Assembly (NCBI GenBank): GCA_947383685.1
Contig: CANDEE010000001.1
Span: 2,152 to 66,151, forward strand
Direction of reading: 5' to 3'
DNA length: 64,000 nt
Source of the DNA: an uncultured Pseudoflavonifractor sp.
Lineage (GTDB): Bacteria; Bacillota; Clostridia; Oscillospirales; Oscillospiraceae
The position numbers were made by a program, and so were the translations under genes. Positions 9,382 through 20,200 of this stretch are shown here, one piece after another (the first letter of the stretch is position 1; the number at the start of each line of letters is the position of its first letter). The notes under the pieces were generated by a model. The model made no database searches and was not told the DNA's origin. It saw nothing but the letters and a program-made list of their open reading frames with translations.

Positions 9382-9999
9382 TTACCATTTCTCTACGTGG
9401 CCCCGAATCCGCTCCACCAGCATATCCAACGCCACCGGGTTCCGTCCGCCTTGGGGAACGATGATGTCGGCGTACTTTTTGCTTGGCTCCACAAAGGCTT
9501 CATGCATAGGCTTTACCGTGGTCAGATACTGGGTCACCACCGAATCCAGGGTCCGCTCCCGCTCCTTCACATCCCGGAGGACCCGGCGGAGGATGCGGAC
9601 GTCGGCGTCGGTGTCCACAAAAATTTTAATGTCCATCAAATCCCGGAGGGCGGCGTCGGCAAAGATGAGGATGCCCTCCACAATGATGACCCGGGTAGGC
9701 TTGACCTCCAGGGTTTTATCTGAGCGGTTGTGGATGGTGTAGTCATAGACGGGAGACTGGATAGCCTTGCCTGCCCGCAGGTCCTGAAGGTCCCGGACGA
9801 TGAGGTCGGTGTCAAAGGCGTCAGGATGGTCGTAGTTCAGCTTGCTCCGTTCCTCGTAGGTCATACCCACGTGCTTTTTGTAGTAGTTGTCATGGTAAAG
9901 GACAGATACGTCGGTGGTAAACCGCTCCTTGAGCTTTTCGGTGAGAGTGGTCTTGCCCGAGCCGGTGCCTCCCGCAATGCCGATGACCATGGTATCCAT
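9382..9999 (-). CDS. udk: Uridine kinase
   Basis: GIAGGTGSGKTT P-loop, NYDHPDAFD, IIVEGIL, RRVLRDVKER, VKPMHEAFVEPSKKYADII. Confidence 0.96.
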   Translation of the reverse strand: MDTMVIGIAGGTGSGKTTLTEKLKERFTTDVSVLYHDNYYKKHVGMTYEERSKLNYDHPDAFDTDLIVRDLQDLRAGKAIQSPVYDYTIHNRSDKTLEVKPTRVIIVEGILIFADAALRDLMDIKIFVDTDADVRILRRVLRDVKERERTLDSVVTQYLTTVKPMHEAFVEPSKKYADIIVPQGGRNPVALDMLVERIRGHVEKW

Positions 10000-10172
10000 A
10001 CAAAACGCCTCCCAGTCGTGTATTTTGTCAAATTATATCATATGACGGGGGGAAAGGGTAGCCTTGCAGGAAAAAAACAGGACCGTAAATTTCAAAATTC
10101 CCCCCTTGTATAGCGAGGGCGAAAACGGTATAATGGTTGTATCTTTACAGTTTGAAAAGGGAGGTCGTTTCA

Positions 10173-13100
10173 TTGGAATTTTTTCGCTGTGATAACCCGG
10201 ACTGCGGCTTTGTGACCGAGGACCCCAACCTGGATAAATGCCCCCGCTGCGGGGGGGAGTTCTTTATTCCTGTGGAGGAGGATTACCTTTCCAGCGGCGA
10301 CTGGCTGACCTTGGCGGACCAGGCCGAAGACAAGGAGGAGAACGAAAAGGCTCTGGGCTATATCCAACGGGCCATAGAGGAGGATTTCCCCCCCGCCTTT
10401 TACCGGATGGGAGTATGTTGGCTCCAGGGCAGACTGGGCCTGGAGGTCGACAAGGAGAAAGCCATTGAGTATTTCCAGCAGGTGGCGGAAAAGGACGATC
10501 CCGGCGGCTGGTGCGCCCTGGGACAGCTCTACCAGCAGGGAGAAGGGGTGGAGCAGGATTTTGCCAAGGCAGTGGAATTCTTTGAGAAGGCCGCCGAGGC
10601 GGAATATGCCCCAGCCATCTGCTGCCTGGGCCTTTGCTGGGAGTGCGGCGAGGGAAAGGAGCAGAGCTGGGAAAAGGCTACGGAGCTTTACCGTCAGGCT
10701 GCCGATATGGGCTACGCCCGTGCCCAGTGCAACCTGGCCTGGTGCTACGAGTTCGGCAAGGGCGTGCCCCAGAGTATAAAGGACGCGGTGTACTGGTACT
10801 CTATGGCCGCCGACCAGGAGGACCCCAGGGCCTTGTGCAATCTGGGCCTGTGCTATGAGAAGGGAGACGGGGTAGAGCAGAGCTGGGAGAAGGCAACCGC
10901 CCTCTACCGGGCTGCCGCCGACAGGGGCTATCCTCCCGCCCAGTGTAATCTGGCCTGGTGCTACGAGGCGGGCATGGGAGTAGAGAAGGACCAGCAGGAG
11001 GCCCTGAAATGGTACACGAAGGCCGCCGACCAGGGAGACCCCCGCGCCCAGTGCAACCTGGGCCTGTGCTTTGAGCGGGGGGACGGGGTAGAGGTGAGCA
11101 TGGAGAGGGCCACCGAACTCTACAAGCTGGCCGCCGACCAGGGCTATCCTCCCGCCCAGTGCAACCTGGGCTGGTGCTATGAGGCCGGAGAAGGGGTAGA
11201 GCAGAGTTGGCCCGAAGCCATCAGATGGTATACCGCCGCCGCTGAGCAGGGCTATCCCCGTGCCCAGTGTAATCTGGGCTGGTGCTATGAGGCGGGCCAG
11301 GGCGTGGAGCAGAGCTGGGAGAGCGCCGTGGCCTGGTATGCCAAGGCCGCTGGACAGGGAGACCCCAGGGCGCTCAACAACCTGGCCTGGTGCTATGAGA
11401 ATGGAAAGGGGATCGGCAAGGACATAGCGGAGGCGGTGAAGCTCATCGAGGCCGCAGCCATGCGGAATTATCCTCCCGCCGTCTGCCGGTACGGCCTGTG
11501 CTTTGAGAACGGCGAGGAGGTGGAGCAGAGCTGGGAGAAAGCTGCCGAGCTGTATCTGCAATCCGCCCAGGCCGATTACGTACCCGGTATGTGCAACTAT
11601 GCCTGGTGTCTGGAATTTGGCAAGGGCGTGGAGAAAAATCTGGAGGAGGCCTTCCGGTGGTTCAACACCGCCGCGGAGCGGGGTTTCCCCCGGGGATTGT
11701 GCCGGGTGGGCCTGTTTTATGAGGAAGGCGAAGTGGTAGAGCAAAGCTGGGAGAAAGCCACCGACTATTACCGGAAAGCCGCCGAGAAGGACTACGCGCC
11801 GGGCCAATGTAACCTGGGCTGGTGCTATGAAGCGGGCAAGGGCGTGCCCCAGAGCTGGGAGGAGGCCGCAAAATGGTACCGGGCCGCCGCCGAGCAGGGC
11901 TATCCCCGTGCCCAGTGCAACCTGGGCTGGTGCTGCGAGGCAGGCCAGGGTGTGGAACAGAGCTGGGAGGAGGCAGTCAAGTGGTATGCTGCCGCCGCCG
12001 AGCAGGGCTACGTCCGTGCCCAGTGTAACCTGGGTTGGTGCTATGAGGCAGGCAAGGGCGTGGAGCAGAGCTGGGAAAAGGCAGTGTTTTGGTACCGGAA
12101 GGCCGCCGAGCAGGGCCAGGCCCGCGCCCAGTGCAACCTGGGCTGGTGCTACGAGCGGGGCAAGGGCGTGGAGGTCAATTATAACGAGGCCTTCCGGCTC
12201 TATACCCTGGCAGCCCAGCAGGATTATCCCCCCGCCCTTTGCAACCTGGGCGTCTGCCACGAGATGGGCTGGGGTACTCCCCAAAGCTGGGAAAAGGCGG
12301 TGGAGTGCTACCAAAAGTCTGCCGATATGGGCGACGAAGCTGCCCAATGCAACCTGGGCTGGTGCTATGAGGCGGGCAAGGGCGTCCCTGAGGACAAGGT
12401 CAAGGCTGTGGAGTGGTATAAAAAGTCCGCCCAGCAGGACTACCGCCGCGCCCAGTGTAACCTGGGCTACTGCTATGAGGCCGGCATCGGCGTAGAGAAG
12501 GATATGACCGAGGCCATCTTCTGGTATACCAAGGCCGCCGAGGGCGGCTATGCCCGTGCCCAGTGCAATCTTGCCTACTGCTATGACGAGGGTATGGGGG
12601 TGGAGCAGGACTACGAGACCGCCGTCCACTGGTATGAGAAGGCGGCGGAGCAGAACTATCCCAGAGCCTTCTGCAACCTGGGCTACTGCTATGAGATGGG
12701 CCACGGAGTGCAGAAGAACTTGAGGGAGGCCGCACGGCTCTATGGAAAGGGAGCCGAGGAAGGAGACTCCGTATCCCAATGCAATTTGGCCTGGTTTTAT
12801 CTGAACGGCACCGGGGTGGAGAAAAACTTGGAGAAGGCATTTGAGTTGTTTTCCAAGGCTGCCGAGCAGGGAAATTTGCGGGGCAAGTACAATGTGGGAT
12901 TATGCTATGACAAGGGCGATGGCGTCCACAAGGACAGGGTCAAGGCCGCCCAGTATTTCCAGGACGCCGCTGCCCGGGGTCACGTGGGGGCCATGCTGAA
13001 GCTGGCGGAGTACACCGAGCATGGCCTGGGAGGACTTACCGCCGACCCCGCCAAGGCTCTGGGCTGGTATCAGCGGGCTGCCGATACAGGGGACGAGAAC

Positions 13101-13298
13101 GCGAAAAGGGAAGTGGATCGGCTGCGGAAAAGCGGCGTGACCGTTTCCGCCGGGCCTGTGCCTGAGGCGGTTTCGGCTTCCGATGATGCGCCGAAGCCTG
13201 CGGCGGCTCCCGCTCCTGCCGCTCCCAAGCCGGCAGAGGAGAAAGAGAAAAAGGAGGAGAAGCCAAAGGGCGGATTCTTCAAGAAGTTCTTTGGATAA
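10173..13298 (+). CDS. Sel1-like repeat protein (25 repeats) with N-terminal zinc ribbon
   Basis: 36-aa repeats AQCNLGWCYExGxGVEQSWExAxxWYxxAAEQG counted by hand; CDNPDC...CPRC at the N-terminus; TTG start after GGGAGG. Confidence 0.93.
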   Translation: MEFFRCDNPDCGFVTEDPNLDKCPRCGGEFFIPVEEDYLSSGDWLTLADQAEDKEENEKALGYIQRAIEEDFPPAFYRMGVCWLQGRLGLEVDKEKAIEYFQQVAEKDDPGGWCALGQLYQQGEGVEQDFAKAVEFFEKAAEAEYAPAICCLGLCWECGEGKEQSWEKATELYRQAADMGYARAQCNLAWCYEFGKGVPQSIKDAVYWYSMAADQEDPRALCNLGLCYEKGDGVEQSWEKATALYRAAADRGYPPAQCNLAWCYEAGMGVEKDQQEALKWYTKAADQGDPRAQCNLGLCFERGDGVEVSMERATELYKLAADQGYPPAQCNLGWCYEAGEGVEQSWPEAIRWYTAAAEQGYPRAQCNLGWCYEAGQGVEQSWESAVAWYAKAAGQGDPRALNNLAWCYENGKGIGKDIAEAVKLIEAAAMRNYPPAVCRYGLCFENGEEVEQSWEKAAELYLQSAQADYVPGMCNYAWCLEFGKGVEKNLEEAFRWFNTAAERGFPRGLCRVGLFYEEGEVVEQSWEKATDYYRKAAEKDYAPGQCNLGWCYEAGKGVPQSWEEAAKWYRAAAEQGYPRAQCNLGWCCEAGQGVEQSWEEAVKWYAAAAEQGYVRAQCNLGWCYEAGKGVEQSWEKAVFWYRKAAEQGQARAQCNLGWCYERGKGVEVNYNEAFRLYTLAAQQDYPPALCNLGVCHEMGWGTPQSWEKAVECYQKSADMGDEAAQCNLGWCYEAGKGVPEDKVKAVEWYKKSAQQDYRRAQCNLGYCYEAGIGVEKDMTEAIFWYTKAAEGGYARAQCNLAYCYDEGMGVEQDYETAVHWYEKAAEQNYPRAFCNLGYCYEMGHGVQKNLREAARLYGKGAEEGDSVSQCNLAWFYLNGTGVEKNLEKAFELFSKAAEQGNLRGKYNVGLCYDKGDGVHKDRVKAAQYFQDAAARGHVGAMLKLAEYTEHGLGGLTADPAKALGWYQRAADTGDENAKREVDRLRKSGVTVSAGPVPEAVSASDDAPKPAAAPAPAAPKPAEEKEKKEEKPKGGFFKKFFG

Positions 13299-13419
13299 AA
13301 GGCGGGGAATTTGGGTTAAGTGCAAAAAAATCTTGCATTTCTCGAAAATGTGTGGTATCATAAAAGCCCTGTGAATGAAAAGGGCTTGATTGCCCGGGGT
13401 GGAAAGGAAACGAGGAGCT

Positions 13420-13650
13420 ATGATTAAAATCGTTTTGACTGTGATCCAGGTTATCCTGGCTATTTTCCTGATTGCCGTAGTGTTGCTGCAGGAGGGCAAG
13501 ACTGCCGGTCTTTCCGGGGCCATTTCCGGCGGCGCCGATACCTTCCTGTCCAAAAACAAGGCCAAGAGCTGGGACGCTAAGCTGGCCCGCTGGACCAAGT
13601 GGGTGGCCATCGCCTTTGTGGTGCTGACGCTGGTCATTTCTCTGGTGTAA
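13420..13650 (+). CDS. secG: Preprotein translocase subunit SecG
   Basis: Two TM helices, VLLQEGK.AGLSGAISGG motif, upstream of rnr. Confidence 0.95.
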   Translation: MIKIVLTVIQVILAIFLIAVVLLQEGKTAGLSGAISGGADTFLSKNKAKSWDAKLARWTKWVAIAFVVLTLVISLV

Positions 13651-13658
13651 GAAAACCT

Positions 13659-13693
13659 GAAAACGCCCTCCCACAGCGGGAGGGCGTTTTTCT
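13659..13693 (+). terminator. Rho-independent terminator after secG
   Basis: GAAAACGCCCTCC-cacagc-GGGAGGGCGTTTTTC followed by TTT. Confidence 0.8.
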
Positions 13694-13746
13694 TTGGAGC
13701 AGTTGGGGAATGATAGAGAAAAAGAAGTAAAGAGGTTTTGACGCAT

Positions 13747-15825
13747 ATGAAGGAAGAACAAATTATACAGGGCCGCTATCAAGGCTCGGGCCGGGGGTTC
13801 GGCTTTCTGGTCCCGGAAGGGGCCCAGAGCCGGAACGAGGATTGCTTTGTGCCTCCCCATCAGGGAGGCGGAGCTTGGGATGGGGATAGAGTGGAGGCCC
13901 GTTTGTCCCCTGAGGACCCTACCCAGCCGGGACGGCGCATAGCCAGCGTTACCAGGGTCATAGAGCGGGGCAACCCTACCGTTACCGGGACCATCCGGAG
14001 GTTGAACAGGGAAACCTGGTTAAAGCCGGATAATGAGAGGCTTCCCGAAGCCATTAAGGTCATGGGACGGGCCAAAGTCCGGGACGGGGAGAAGGCCGCT
14101 GTGGAGGTGAGCAGCTACGGCTCTGCCGCCGCGCCCCCCCTGGGAAAACTATGCGCGACCTTTGGCCCTGCGGGAAGCCGTGCCGCCGCTGTGGAGGCCA
14201 TCCTATACCAGCAGGGGGTGGAAAGGGAGTTTCCCGATGAGGTGTTGTCCGAGGCGGAGGCGGCCCCCCAGTCCGTTCCCGAAAAGGAGCTGGAGGGGCG
14301 GCTGGACCTGCGGGAAAAAACGGTCATCACCATTGACGGAGCCGCCTCCAAGGATCTGGATGACGCCATTTCCCTGGAAAGAGAAGGGGATAACTGGGTA
14401 CTTGGGGTCCACATTGCGGATGTGAGCGCCTATGTAAAGCCGGGAACGGCCCTGGACGGGGAGGCGTTCAAGCGGGGGACCTCGGTATACTTTGCCGACC
14501 AGGTCGTGCCTATGCTGCCCGTAGCCCTGTCCAACGGTATCTGCTCCTTGAACCAGGGGGTGGACAGGCTCACCATCTCCTGCTTTATGACGATGGATAA
14601 AAATGGGGCTATTGTGGACCATTCTGTGGCGAAAAGCGTCATCCGGTCCACCGAGCGGATGACCTATGAGGACTGCAATGTGATGCTGGCGGAGGAGCCG
14701 GGGGAGCAATACACATTCCTGGCAGACCGCTATACCCATATTCTGCCTATGCTCCAGGATATGGCGGCTCTGGCGAAGAAGCTGGAAAAGCGGAGGAAGG
14801 ACCGGGGCAGCCTGGAGCTGGAGACTCAGGAGAGCTATATCCTCTGCAACAGTATGGGCCGTCCCGTGGACATTGTGGCCCGCCGCCAGGGACAGAGTGA
14901 AAAGCTCATTGAGGAGTTTATGCTCTGCGCCAACGAGACGGTGGCGAAGCACCTTTTTGACCTCCACCGTCCCGCGGTGTACCGGGTCCACGAAAAGCCC
15001 TCCCAGGATAAGACGGACACTCTGCGGGCAATGCTCTCTCCCCTGGGGTACAGCATCCTTCAGGCAGACCACGGCTCTTTGCAAAAGGTACTGGAGGCCG
15101 CCAAGGGGAAGCCGGAGGCCCCGGCGGTATCCATGATGGTACTGCGGAGCATGATGAAGGCCCGGTATTCCACGGAGAATCTGGGCCATTTCGGGATCGC
15201 GGCGGACTACTACTGCCACTTTACCTCCCCCATCCGGCGGTATCCTGACCTGATGATCCACCGGTGTCTTCATTCCCTGCTGGACGGCAGGCAGGGAGGG
15301 ACAGCGGCAAAAAGGCTGGGCAAGGACTGCGAAAAGGCCGCCGTTCAATCCTCCCAGCGGGAGCTGGCGGCTCAAAGTGCCGAGCGGGACATTGACAAGC
15401 TGTACTTTGCCGACTATATGCGCGAACATATCGGGGAGGAGTTTCCGGCGGCGGTGTCCGGGGTCACCCGGTTTGGAGTGTTCGCCGCCCTGCCCAACGG
15501 AGTAGAGGGCCTCATTCCCGTAGAGACTCTGCCGGAGGACCGCTATGCCTACGATGACCTCCATATGAGCCTTACTGGAGAGCGGACGGGAAACCAGTTT
15601 ACCTTTGGCATGGAACTGACGGTGATCTGCGTGGCAGCGGACCCCTCCACCGGACGGGTAGATTTTCGCCTGCCGGGCCGGGAGGAGGTTGCCGCCAGGG
15701 AACGCCGGGAAGAAATATTCCTGCCTGCAAGCCGGGGGAAAGGTCATTCCCACGAGCGGAAAAAGCGGGGGTCCCGCTCTGCCATGCATGTGCCCAGGCG
15801 GGGAAAACGGGGGAAGCGGAGATGA
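13747..15825 (+). CDS. rnr: Ribonuclease R
   Basis: GFGF cold-shock domain, TIDGAASKDLDDA, HIADV, HFTSPIRRYPDL, S1 domain and basic tail. Confidence 0.93.
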   Translation: MKEEQIIQGRYQGSGRGFGFLVPEGAQSRNEDCFVPPHQGGGAWDGDRVEARLSPEDPTQPGRRIASVTRVIERGNPTVTGTIRRLNRETWLKPDNERLPEAIKVMGRAKVRDGEKAAVEVSSYGSAAAPPLGKLCATFGPAGSRAAAVEAILYQQGVEREFPDEVLSEAEAAPQSVPEKELEGRLDLREKTVITIDGAASKDLDDAISLEREGDNWVLGVHIADVSAYVKPGTALDGEAFKRGTSVYFADQVVPMLPVALSNGICSLNQGVDRLTISCFMTMDKNGAIVDHSVAKSVIRSTERMTYEDCNVMLAEEPGEQYTFLADRYTHILPMLQDMAALAKKLEKRRKDRGSLELETQESYILCNSMGRPVDIVARRQGQSEKLIEEFMLCANETVAKHLFDLHRPAVYRVHEKPSQDKTDTLRAMLSPLGYSILQADHGSLQKVLEAAKGKPEAPAVSMMVLRSMMKARYSTENLGHFGIAADYYCHFTSPIRRYPDLMIHRCLHSLLDGRQGGTAAKRLGKDCEKAAVQSSQRELAAQSAERDIDKLYFADYMREHIGEEFPAAVSGVTRFGVFAALPNGVEGLIPVETLPEDRYAYDDLHMSLTGERTGNQFTFGMELTVICVAADPSTGRVDFRLPGREEVAARERREEIFLPASRGKGHSHERKKRGSRSAMHVPRRGKRGKRR

Positions 15826-17054
15826 CAAAAAGGAATATTATACTGCCTATATTACTGTTTGTGTTTATTTTCGGGGGGTGCCGGGGAGAGAAAACTACCA
15901 TGCCTACCCCCACCCCATCCCCCAAGGCAGAGACTGCCTCCTCGCCCACGCCGGTGCCTGTTCCCAGTCTTGACCCCATGGGGGAGCGGATCGCGGAAAT
16001 GACTGTGGAGGAGCTGGCAGGCCAGCTATTGGTGGCGGGGATAGAGGGAAAATCGCCGGGAGAGGATGCAAGGCAGGCCATAGAGAACCTCCACGTGGGG
16101 GGAATTATCCTCTTTAGACGAAATGTGGCGAGCGGGGACCAACTGGCAAAGCTGACAAACGCGCTGAAGGCCCTGAATACCGGGGCGGGGAATCTCCCCC
16201 TGTTTCTCTGTGTAGACCAGGAGGGGGGCCTGGTGTCCCGGACGCCCCCTGAGGTGGCGCAGCTTTCCTCGGCCTATGATTTTATTCAGAAGGGCGGGGA
16301 CCCGGCCGCCCTGGGCCGGGTCCTGGGTGCGGAGTGCGCCGCCTTTGGCTTCAACGTGGATTTTGCCCCGGTGCTGGATGTGTGGTCAAATTCCAAGAAT
16401 ACAGTCATTGGAAAGCGGGCCTTTGGGACCGGGGCGGAGGAGGCGGCCCAGGCGGGAACGGAGTGTGCCCTTGGACTGATGGAGGCCGGGATTATCCCGG
16501 TGGGGAAGCACTTTCCTGGTCACGGGGACACGGAAACCGATTCTCATTTGGGCCTTCCCGTGGTAAAAAAGGGAGTGGAGGAGCTGGAGGAACTGGAGTT
16601 GATTCCCTTCCGCCGGGCTGTGGAGGGCGGCGTTCCTGCCCTGATGGCGGCCCACATCCTGATGACGGAGCTGGACCCCATCCTTCCCGCATCCCTGTCT
16701 CCGGCGGTGGTGGACGGACTTCTCCGGGAGGAGCTGGGCTTCGACGGGCTGGTCTTTACCGACGACCTGACGATGGGGGCCATTACCCATAGCTACGGCA
16801 TGGGGGAGGCGACGGTAAAGGCGGTGGAGGCCGGGTGCGATATGGCTTTGGTCTGCCACGGCCTGGACAATGTGAAGGCAGCCTACCATGCCCTGTTGTT
16901 TGCTGTGGAGGACGGGACCTTAAGCCGGGAACGGCTGGAGGAGAGTGTCCGCCGTATTCTGACGGTGAAGGAGGCGTATGGGGTAGACGATACCCCGGTG
17001 GAAATCCCTGATATAGAGGCGCTAAACGATAAAATAAAAAAGATTACCGGGTAG
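15822..17054 (+). CDS. nagZ: GH3 beta-N-acetylhexosaminidase, lipoprotein
   Basis: DQEGG, KHFPGHGDTETDSH NagZ signature, TDDLTMGA; lipobox-like FGGC. Confidence 0.9.
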   Translation: MTKRNIILPILLFVFIFGGCRGEKTTMPTPTPSPKAETASSPTPVPVPSLDPMGERIAEMTVEELAGQLLVAGIEGKSPGEDARQAIENLHVGGIILFRRNVASGDQLAKLTNALKALNTGAGNLPLFLCVDQEGGLVSRTPPEVAQLSSAYDFIQKGGDPAALGRVLGAECAAFGFNVDFAPVLDVWSNSKNTVIGKRAFGTGAEEAAQAGTECALGLMEAGIIPVGKHFPGHGDTETDSHLGLPVVKKGVEELEELELIPFRRAVEGGVPALMAAHILMTELDPILPASLSPAVVDGLLREELGFDGLVFTDDLTMGAITHSYGMGEATVKAVEAGCDMALVCHGLDNVKAAYHALLFAVEDGTLSRERLEESVRRILTVKEAYGVDDTPVEIPDIEALNDKIKKITG

Positions 17055-17204
17055 GGACAAGCCATTTGTCCCTACTTTTTTATAAAACAGGGATTATTTT
17101 ATTGTTTTCTCTTGCCAATAACAGAAAAAGAGGTATAATGAAAATATAACCATAAAAAAATATAATGAGAAAATTTAGAGTAAAAAGGAAAGGAAAAGGG
17201 ACAG

Positions 17205-20200
17205 ATGAAACGAATAGCAGCACTTCTCCTCAGTGGCGCAATGTTTTTTTCCATGGCAGTTCCCGTACAGGGAGCGGAAGCGGCAAAATTTCCTGATGTC
17301 TCCGGTCACTGGGCTCAGGAGACCATTGGAAAATGGCAGGAATACGGCGTAGCAAACGGTGATAAGCAGACAGGGGCCTTTCGTCCCGACGACGCGTTGA
17401 CCAGAGCTGAGTTGGCCACGCTGCTGGAGCGGATCATGGGGTATCAGGACAAGGGAAGCGTCCGGTATACCGATGTAGCCTCGAACGCATGGTATGCCCA
17501 AGACCTGTCCCGGCTGAGCACGGCGGGAATTCTGACGGGATATGGGGATGGGACGATGCGTCCCACCGCTCCTGTGACTCGGCAGGAGGCCGCGGTGATG
17601 CTGTGCCGGGTCTTTGGAATTGAGGCAGCCGGCGGTACGGCAAGCTTTGAGGACTGGGACCAGGTGGCCGCCTGGGCGGCGGGATCGGTAAAAGCCCTTG
17701 CCGATAAAGGTGTGGTCCAGGGCTACAAGGGCCGCTTTGAGCCTACACAGGCGGTGACCCGCGCCCAGGCGCTGGCTATGCTGGATAAGCTGGCGGCGGG
17801 AGTGGTGACCCAGGACGGAACCTGGACCCAGAGTGCCCAGGGGAATTTGATTGTCAACGCCAAGAATGTGACGCTGAAGGACCTGACAGTTACAGGGGAC
17901 CTGATCGTAGCCGAGGGCGTAGGCGACGGAGACGTAATCCTGAACAACGTAACCGTGAAGGGCGACGTGATCCTCCACGGCTGCGGGGCCAACTCGTTCC
18001 ATATCCAGGCGGGAACCAGCTTGGAGGGACGGATCATTGTGACCAAGACTACCACGGGACTGATTCGTGTGGTGAACGAGAGCGGTGAGACCATTCCCAT
18101 GGTGTATGTTAACGACGGCGTAAGCGGTGTGACGCTGGAAGGAAACATAGGCACAGTAGTGGTGGCCTGCGACGCTCCGGTACGCGTTCGGGACGGGAAG
18201 GTAGACTCTCTTTCGGTGACGGCAGCCAACGCTGACGTAACGGTGGAGGCAGGCAGCACCGTGGGCCGGCTGGACGTGGGCGGAAAGGCGGCTGACTCCA
18301 ACATAACGGTAGATGGAACAGTGGATACGCTGGTGACCAACGCCCCGGCCAGGGTAAACAACAACGGAAAGATCAGCAAGGCCCAGGCGGCGGCGGACGG
18401 ACTGGTTTTGGACGGAAAGAAGCCCTCCAAGGTGACGGTGGACAAGGGCGTGAAGAAGCCGGTGGACTCGACTGGAAAGGAAATCTCCACCAGTGGCGGT
18501 AGCTCCGGCGGTGGAAGTTCCAGCAGTGGCAGCGGCTCCAGCGGCGGGGGCAGCAGCTCTGGCGGTACTACCGCGCCAATTACGGTATCCACGGTGGAGC
18601 TTCAACTGATGGCTCCTGCCTTTGGCAATCTCCCCGATACTGCCGATGAGCTGGGAGTGGGGTACACAACCGGGACCGAGTGGAAGAATGCCGACGGAAC
18701 AGCTCCCAGCTACCGGTGGAACTCTAATACTTTTACTGCTAATCAGGCCTATATGGCCATTGTGACCCTGACCCCCAACAGCGGATATACTTTTGCTTCC
18801 TCCGTGGCGGTAAAGGTGGTGGATGGCGAGGGGAAGACATATACCCCGGAGTCCGTGACCGCCGCCGGAGATAAGCGGGTGGTCACGCTGAAGTATGCTC
18901 CTACCGAGGACCATGACGCAGTAGAGAAGCTGACCTCCAGCGGGCCTGAATTTATGATGATGAATTCGGAGAGCAAGATCAGTGCGGTTTTCCAGGATAA
19001 TCTTCTGACGGACCCCGCCACCTATACCTATCAGTGGTATAAGAGCACCTCCGAGGAAGACATCGGAACCGCTGTCAGCGGGGCGACAGGCAAAGAATAT
19101 ACCATTACCTCGACCGACACCCAAGCTGAGGGGACCCTGTACTTTACTTACAAGGTGACTGTGACGGTGAACGGAAAAGCGAGGGAGTATACCTCGCCCC
19201 AGTGGCCGGTGGAGGTAAAGCCGGGAAATCTGGACCCAAATCTGATTCCGAAGGTACAGCTTTCTGACCCTGGCGTATCCTGGACATTTATTGATAATCA
19301 GTGGTACAGCAGAATAGATGATACGAAATACCGTGAGTATCGGGATGAAGGGTTTTCTTTGAAGCCATCCGTTGCGATCCATTCTGTTTATGATGGCGAC
19401 AGAAGGTACGAAGTAATTTATGATATGGAGGTCACGCTGAAAGAGCGTTCTGTTATAACCCGTTTAGACGGTACAGTAATCGGTACTGCTGAGCATACTT
19501 TGAATAGTAATGAAGGCTACTATCCTCCCAAAGAGGGCGACATTATCTTTGCGGATGATCCTTATAGCACGGTGCACGTATATTTCGAATATGTCAATGA
19601 GCAGCATGATGATTACTATAATCATATTGACGATTATATAGTAGACAGTATGATTTATGGTGGTACGATAACTGTGACGCCCAGAATTAAGAATTTGGAG
19701 GCCAGTGGGTGGGTAAAGCTGCCCGATAAGAGTGCGGTGCTGGAGTTTGATTGGGAAAAGAGTGGGGAACAGGATAAAATTCTCCATGTTATCTGTGCAG
19801 GCTCCGAGGTTCCGCAATGGAACGTGCCGGCAGCCATGGATAACAGCTTTGGCCCGGCCAGTGAAGAGCCGTTAATCCTTGATTTGACAAAGGGGACCGT
19901 TTCCTTCTCGGTGCCTCAAACGCTGTCCGGCTCGGACGGGACGTTTATGGAGTGTGACGCAATAGCGTGGGTCGATTGGATTCAAAGCGTATATCCTGAC
20001 CGCGATGACTGGAGCGACCCGCATGAACGGAAGGCATTAGATTCTGCTGGGCGTCTTACCTTATCCTTGAATCCAGATGAGTATGAAAACTGGTTGTCCG
20101 GCAGCGGCGTCGCAGGTGGTAACGCTTACCTGCGCGGTGGGGTATCCTTCTATTCCACCGAAAATCTTCTTGATTCCAACGTACTTGACATGAGTGACAA

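Noticed and set aside
10170..12779. 869-aa antisense ORF
   Set aside because: Shadow frame of the GC-rich repetitive Sel1 gene
10650..12800. 108-bp periodic DNA repeats (GCCCAGTGCAACCTGGGCTGGTGCTA) resembling a CRISPR or guide array
   Set aside because: They are in-frame coding Sel1 repeats with synonymous variation and no unique spacers
13420..15825. smpB absent after secG-rnr, and a short RNase R N-terminus
   Set aside because: Ordinary synteny and length variation; catalytic motifs intact
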